This document shows, piece after piece, positions 60,194 through 64,000 of a DNA stretch of 64,000 nt. The notes beneath the pieces are model-generated. The model ran no database searches and was not told where the DNA came from. It saw only the letters and a list, made by a program, of their open reading frames with translations. Source of the stretch: Verrucomicrobiia bacterium (lineage in GTDB: Bacteria > Acidobacteriota > Terriglobia > Bryobacterales > Bryobacteraceae). The DNA lies in assembly GCA_035578025.1 (NCBI GenBank), contig DATJYJ010000026.1:6983-70982 (forward strand), written 5' to 3'. Made by a program: the position numbers and the translations under genes. Every line of letters begins with the position of its first letter. Within the stretch, counting starts at the first letter, position 1.

Positions 60194-61031
60194 CTATGCT
60201 GGATGCTCGTCCACGGCATTCAGGCTCCTCACATCGAGACTTACAGACACTCGTGGCGGGCCGCCGGCTAGCAGGTTCGCATCAAGACGCGATTCGTACA
60301 GCGGGCGGTATTCGGCGGAAAGGGCGAAGGCGTTTTCGCGATTATAGAGGTCGCGCAGTTCCATGCCCTTGGTGCGAGCATCGTGCGCAGGACTCGCGAG
60401 CGCGAAGTTCTTGATCTCCGGCCGGCCGACCCGTTCGATCCGTATTGGTTTACGAAGCCCAGGAACGATGTCTTCGGCCACAGCGCCGACCACAGTGACG
60501 CCGCCGAAGCATTCCACAATTGCGGCGACGGGCACTTCAACGACGATCGAAAGGATGTCCCGAAGCTGAACGGTATTGGCGCCCTGCTGAGCGAACGACA
60601 ATTTACCGGCCATGTCGGTTCGGATTGCGGCCTCGACATCCATGAAGAACGGATCGCTGACCAGGCCCGCGAAAAAGCGCAGACCTTGCTGCTCCAGCGT
60701 TTCGCCGACGGTGAAACTCGCCGCGCGTCTATCCGAAGTGGCGACCGCTCCAGTCTGGATCGAAGTCCCTTCCGGCACGTCGTTGAAGCGAACGTCAATC
60801 GTGTATTCCGCCTCGCCATGGGTGACGTTCGCACCGGATAGCGCGAGGGGCCGGAGCCGGAAGCGATAGATCACGGCATCGCTAAAGAAGGACTCGGGCG
60901 TTGCCATGGGGAAACGCGTTCATGATGAGGACCACATTGCCCGGTCGTTCGGGGCTGGGAAACGCGTAGAAGTCGGTGATATCCACTGCTGGATCGCCCA
61001 TCACCGCAGGGCCGCTGAAATGGTCTGACAT
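60194..61031 (-). pseudogene. DUF4331 family gene, frameshifted near 60905 and apparently C-terminally short
   Basis: The ATG at 61031 (GGGAGG upstream) gives MSDHFSGPAVMGDPAVDITDFYAFPSPERPGNVVLIMNAFPHG, then stops. The next frame continues ATPESFFSDAVIYRFRLRPL...FFAGLVSDPFFMD. The shift falls in a C4/G4 run (ccccatgg). Confidence 0.65.
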
Positions 61032-61055
61032 AGTGTTTTTACCTCCCGCTGCGGT

Positions 61056-62477
61056 TCAGAATTTCTGCTCGATGATGCCGTTGAGCGCCTTGAGTCCGGG
61101 GACGAACAGATACTCCCCGCCCTTGACCGTTGCGAAGGTAGGGAGGTCGAACAGGAACGGCCGTTTGGCACCGGGCACGGACAATTGCGAGCCGTCGCCG
61201 CCGACACCATTGATCGGGTCCTGCTCGTTGGGATCGAGTCCGAGAAACTCTCCGCCCTTCATCCATTCGCGCTGGACGAACTCGAACTGGCGTTCGATAT
61301 CCGCCTGGATAAACAGATTGATGAGGCCGCGATCAATCCCGTCGTCTTCGAGCACGCCGTCCCGGAGATGCGGGCCATATTCGACGCCGCGCCGAATTAA
61401 GCGGTGGCGCCTCACATGGGTCGCACGTTTCAGAGGAGTCGCTCGCGGATTGCTGCGGCGCAGGTGTGCGCCGATCGGGCATTGCAAGCCCTGATCGTCG
61501 CCCGCATACGTGAAATTGTTGCGGCGTTGCGGGTCCGCCGCGATGGCTGGGTCGTCCTTATCAGGCGACAGATCGATGGGGCATCCGCTGCGCCAGCGCC
61601 CCATCATTTTGGCCGCTACGAGCTCCTGGTGATTCTGATCCTCGGAGGTGTACAGCGCCTTCGCGGCCGTCGCCAAGCAGCGGCGAAACGCGGCGACGTC
61701 CTGATACAGCTTGCGGAAGACCATGTAGGTCCCGTTGAGGCGCAGTTCGGCCGGCTCGGGCATTTGCGTGCCTTCGGGGCCGGCTTCATCCTCATAGCCG
61801 AGCAGGAACTCGCCGGGTTTAAGCGCGCGCCAGGTGCCGTCCGCTTGCTGAACACCGTCCCCTGGATAGAAAGGCGTGTCCGCGCCCTCGATGGGCGGCT
61901 GCGAGATGGGATCGGCGAAGCCGAAATGCTCGCCTTCCGACCCGATGCCGTTCTCGTGCGCGAGCGCCTTGGTGTCCTGGATGAACCGGATCTCGACGCC
62001 GCCGGTCGCGTCCATTTCGGCGCGGATGATTTCCGTTGCCTCGTCTCGTCCTTCGCCGGAGTCGGTTCTGAGCCACACCATGGCGTGGATGTCGGGGCCA
62101 CCCAGACCGCCCTCCCAATGTTCCGGAGCGTGCGGCCCAACGTCGCCCACCTCGCCGGCACGGCCCCGCATTCCAACGCGAAACGCTTCGGGGAAGCTGT
62201 CGAGCGATCTTTGAGAAAGGCCCAGCGCCTTCAGCCCCTCATGGGTGAAGCCGATGTTGACGGTGAAGCGCGTCCCGTGCTCTTGTCCCCGGGCATTCAC
62301 GCGATTGAACATGTTGCGAAGCCATGCGCGTCCCTTCGCGCCATCAACAAATTTGAGAAAGATGTGGCGTCCATAACGCATCAGGATCGGCGTGACGACG
62401 TTGTCCTGAATGTCGTGCACATTGGCTTTCAGGTCAGCAGACGTCAGACTCTGTGGAGATGTAAGAGTAATAGACAT
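61056..62477 (-). CDS. Dye-decolorizing (DyP-type) heme peroxidase, long form
   Basis: 473 aa. GEHFGFADPISQPPIEG (the DyP GxxDG-type motif region) and RRLIRRGVEYG are present. The stop is 24 nt before the DUF4331 start. Confidence 0.8.
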   Translation of the reverse strand: MSITLTSPQSLTSADLKANVHDIQDNVVTPILMRYGRHIFLKFVDGAKGRAWLRNMFNRVNARGQEHGTRFTVNIGFTHEGLKALGLSQRSLDSFPEAFRVGMRGRAGEVGDVGPHAPEHWEGGLGGPDIHAMVWLRTDSGEGRDEATEIIRAEMDATGGVEIRFIQDTKALAHENGIGSEGEHFGFADPISQPPIEGADTPFYPGDGVQQADGTWRALKPGEFLLGYEDEAGPEGTQMPEPAELRLNGTYMVFRKLYQDVAAFRRCLATAAKALYTSEDQNHQELVAAKMMGRWRSGCPIDLSPDKDDPAIAADPQRRNNFTYAGDDQGLQCPIGAHLRRSNPRATPLKRATHVRRHRLIRRGVEYGPHLRDGVLEDDGIDRGLINLFIQADIERQFEFVQREWMKGGEFLGLDPNEQDPINGVGGDGSQLSVPGAKRPFLFDLPTFATVKGGEYLFVPGLKALNGIIEQKF

Positions 62478-62577
62478 AGTGGCAAGTCCTCGGATGGAGA
62501 CAGTTCGCCGTCAACGCGGCGGACCAGACCGACCCCGAGACGACGCTCAAGGTCGATCCAACTGCCGCGTTCCGCTA

Positions 62578-62940
62578 CTATGCTGCCTTCGGCGCGGTCC
62601 CTTCGACGCGCTCGCGGACGTCCTCGTATTGCCACTGGTGCGCGGCGTCCGTGTCGATCATGGCGGCACTCCGGACGGGTTGGTAGGGCTGGGCCAACTG
62701 CTTCAGGAACTCGTTGATCTTCTCCTCCAGATCGCCGTCGGCGTTAGCCACCGCACGCTGGAACTGCAGCGTCTTCTCGTACCAATCGGCCGCCTTGTAG
62801 ATCTGGCCGATGCTGAGACTCGGCGCGACGTCGTAACAGGCCAGGGTCTTGATCTGACCGCGAGCGATATACTGCACGACGTCCCGCGCCGTGGCCTCCG
62901 GACCGGTCGGGCAGCCGACACACTGTCCCCAGACCTTCAA
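62578..62940 (-). CDS. Hypothetical protein (120 aa), possibly 5'-truncated at a rearrangement breakpoint
   Basis: TTG start. The frame stays open upstream into the RND remnant region. No family was recognised. Confidence 0.4.
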   Translation of the reverse strand: MKVWGQCVGCPTGPEATARDVVQYIARGQIKTLACYDVAPSLSIGQIYKAADWYEKTLQFQRAVANADGDLEEKINEFLKQLAQPYQPVRSAAMIDTDAAHQWQYEDVRERVEGTAPKAA

Positions 62941-62960
62941 CAGGTTTTCCTTCCCATTGA

Positions 62961-63456
62961 GATCGCGTGTGGTACGGCGGTGAATACGAAAATCAGCAGG
63001 ATACCTTTCCGGAAATGGTGAACGCTCTCTTCATCAGTTCCATCGCGATCTATCTCATTCTGATGTTCCAGTTCCGCTCGGTGGTCGAACCGCTGGTCGT
63101 GATGGCCGCGATTCCGCTCGGTCTGCTGGGGGCGTCGCTCGGCCTGCTGGTCACCCACAATCCGTTCGGGTTCACGGGGTTCCTCGGCATCGTCAGCCTG
63201 GGCGGCGTAGTGGTGCGCAATTCCATTATTCTCGTGGACTACACCCGCGAGCGCATGAAGGAGGGCGTGCCGGTTGAAGAGGCCGCTATCGAGGCCGGCG
63301 AACGCAGATTGCGGCCGATCTTCCTGAGCGGCGGTCGGCGTCACCCCCATGATTCTGTCTGGCTCCAGCATGTGGTCGCCCTTGGGTAGCGCGATCGCTT
63401 TTGGATTGGTAGGTTCTATGTTTTTCACTCTAGTCATAATTCCCGTTCTCTACGTG
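62961..63456 (+). pseudogene. C-terminal remnant of an RND (AcrB/CzcA-type) efflux pump, 5'-truncated and frameshifted
   Basis: WYGGEYENQQDTF...IYLILMFQFRSVVEPLVVMAAIPLGLLG...NSIILVDY...RLRPIFL in one frame. After a shift near 63325-63333 it continues AVGVTPMILSGSSMWSPLGSAIAFGLVGSMFFTLVIIPVLY. About 850 N-terminal residues expected for this family are absent. Confidence 0.75.
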
Positions 63457-64000
63457 ATGATTCACAAACGCGGTTCGACGCCTGGACCGGTGTCCCCGAT
63501 GGGACCGATTGCAGCGGCGGTGTTGCTGCTGTTGGTGGGCGGCAGTGTCGCGCACGCGCAAACCCGCAAACTCACCCTCGACGAAGCCGTATCGCTGGCC
63601 ACCCAACACAACTCGATGGTGAAGATCGCCGGCGACAAAGTGAAGGCGATGGATGCACGGATTAAAGAATCGCGCGCGGGCTTCTTCCCTTCGCTCGCCA
63701 ACGATTCCACTGCCGTGCACATCGCTAATCAGCAAAGCATCGATATCCCGGCGGGCAGCCTCGGTGTCTATCAAATCGGACCTTTGCCGGCTCAGGGAGT
63801 TTCCCTCTCGCAGGGGAAGGCGGATTTCCTGCTGAGTACGACCACGCTTTCCCAGCCGATCACCCAATACTTCAAGGTGAAGGCGGGGGTGGACGTAAGC
63901 CGCGCGGATGCCGCGGGGGCCCGAGCGGACGTGAAGCGCACCGAAAACGACGTCGCGTACAAGGTGAAAGAGATCTATTACGCGATCCTCGCCACCGAAC
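63457..64000 (+). CDS. TolC-like outer-membrane efflux factor, N-terminal part (runs off the window end)
   Basis: Not in the ORF track (no stop within the window). Signal ...PIAAAVLLLLVGGSVAHAQ, then TRKLTLDEAVSLATQHNSMVKIA and FPSLANDST, typical of OMF proteins. The start is either the ATG at 63457 or the ATG at 63499. Confidence 0.75.
   Translation, partial: MIHKRGSTPGPVSPMGPIAAAVLLLLVGGSVAHAQTRKLTLDEAVSLATQHNSMVKIAGDKVKAMDARIKESRAGFFPSLANDSTAVHIANQQSIDIPAGSLGVYQIGPLPAQGVSLSQGKADFLLSTTTLSQPITQYFKVKAGVDVSRADAAGARADVKRTENDVAYKVKEIYYAILATE

Noticed and set aside
1-64000. CRISPR arrays, transposases, integrases, prophage genes, toxin-antitoxin pairs, known defence systems
   Set aside because: No spaced direct-repeat arrays were seen by eye. 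No DDE/tyrosine-recombinase-like ORFs or phage structural genes were found. The only mobility hint is the tRNA-Arg 3' scar.

Overview
This is a visibly high-GC, gene-dense bacterial chromosomal segment with about 60 protein genes. There are no rRNA genes, no intact tRNA, no CRISPR array, and no recognisable transposase or integrase. The gene content suggests an Acidobacteriota-like organism (inference only): a carboxypeptidase-regulatory-domain TonB receptor, an ADOP/MacB-like permease, many TAT/Sec-exported oxidoreductases, and a PSCyt-type heme fusion. The main result is not in the ORF track. Two copies of the fluoride (crcB-motif) riboswitch lie on the minus strand at about 9731-9679 and 3024-2965, each preceded by promoter-like hexamers. 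Together they head a co-directional array of nine ORFs (1-9773): two MutS-like ATPases, a CPA2 antiporter, a compact AAA ATPase, an exported esterase-TPR protein, then a dynamin-like GTPase, crcB and three DUF190 modules. The second riboswitch appears to occlude the start codon of the dynamin-like GTPase. I do not know that pairing to be described. Other content, in order:
- an MbnP/MbnH-type copper module with a TonB receptor, a BNR protein and a TAT-exported SOD
- a YtrA-GntR/SPFH/SYLF/ADOP block
- an amino-sugar-like catabolic cluster divergent from a large PIG-L deacetylase
- an acyl-CoA carboxylase operon that continues into a corrinoid methyltransferase module (URO-D-like, B12-binding protein, DUF1638)
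- tandem NHL propellers and a heme-c/PHM-like copper monooxygenase fusion
- YVTN/ThuA proteins
- a decayed right-hand region (58.6-63.5 kb) holding a tRNA-Arg 3' remnant, a sigma-54 activator relic, a frameshifted DUF4331 gene next to an intact DyP peroxidase, and a truncated RND pump reading into a TolC-like gene
All family calls rest on motif recognition by eye; no searches were run.
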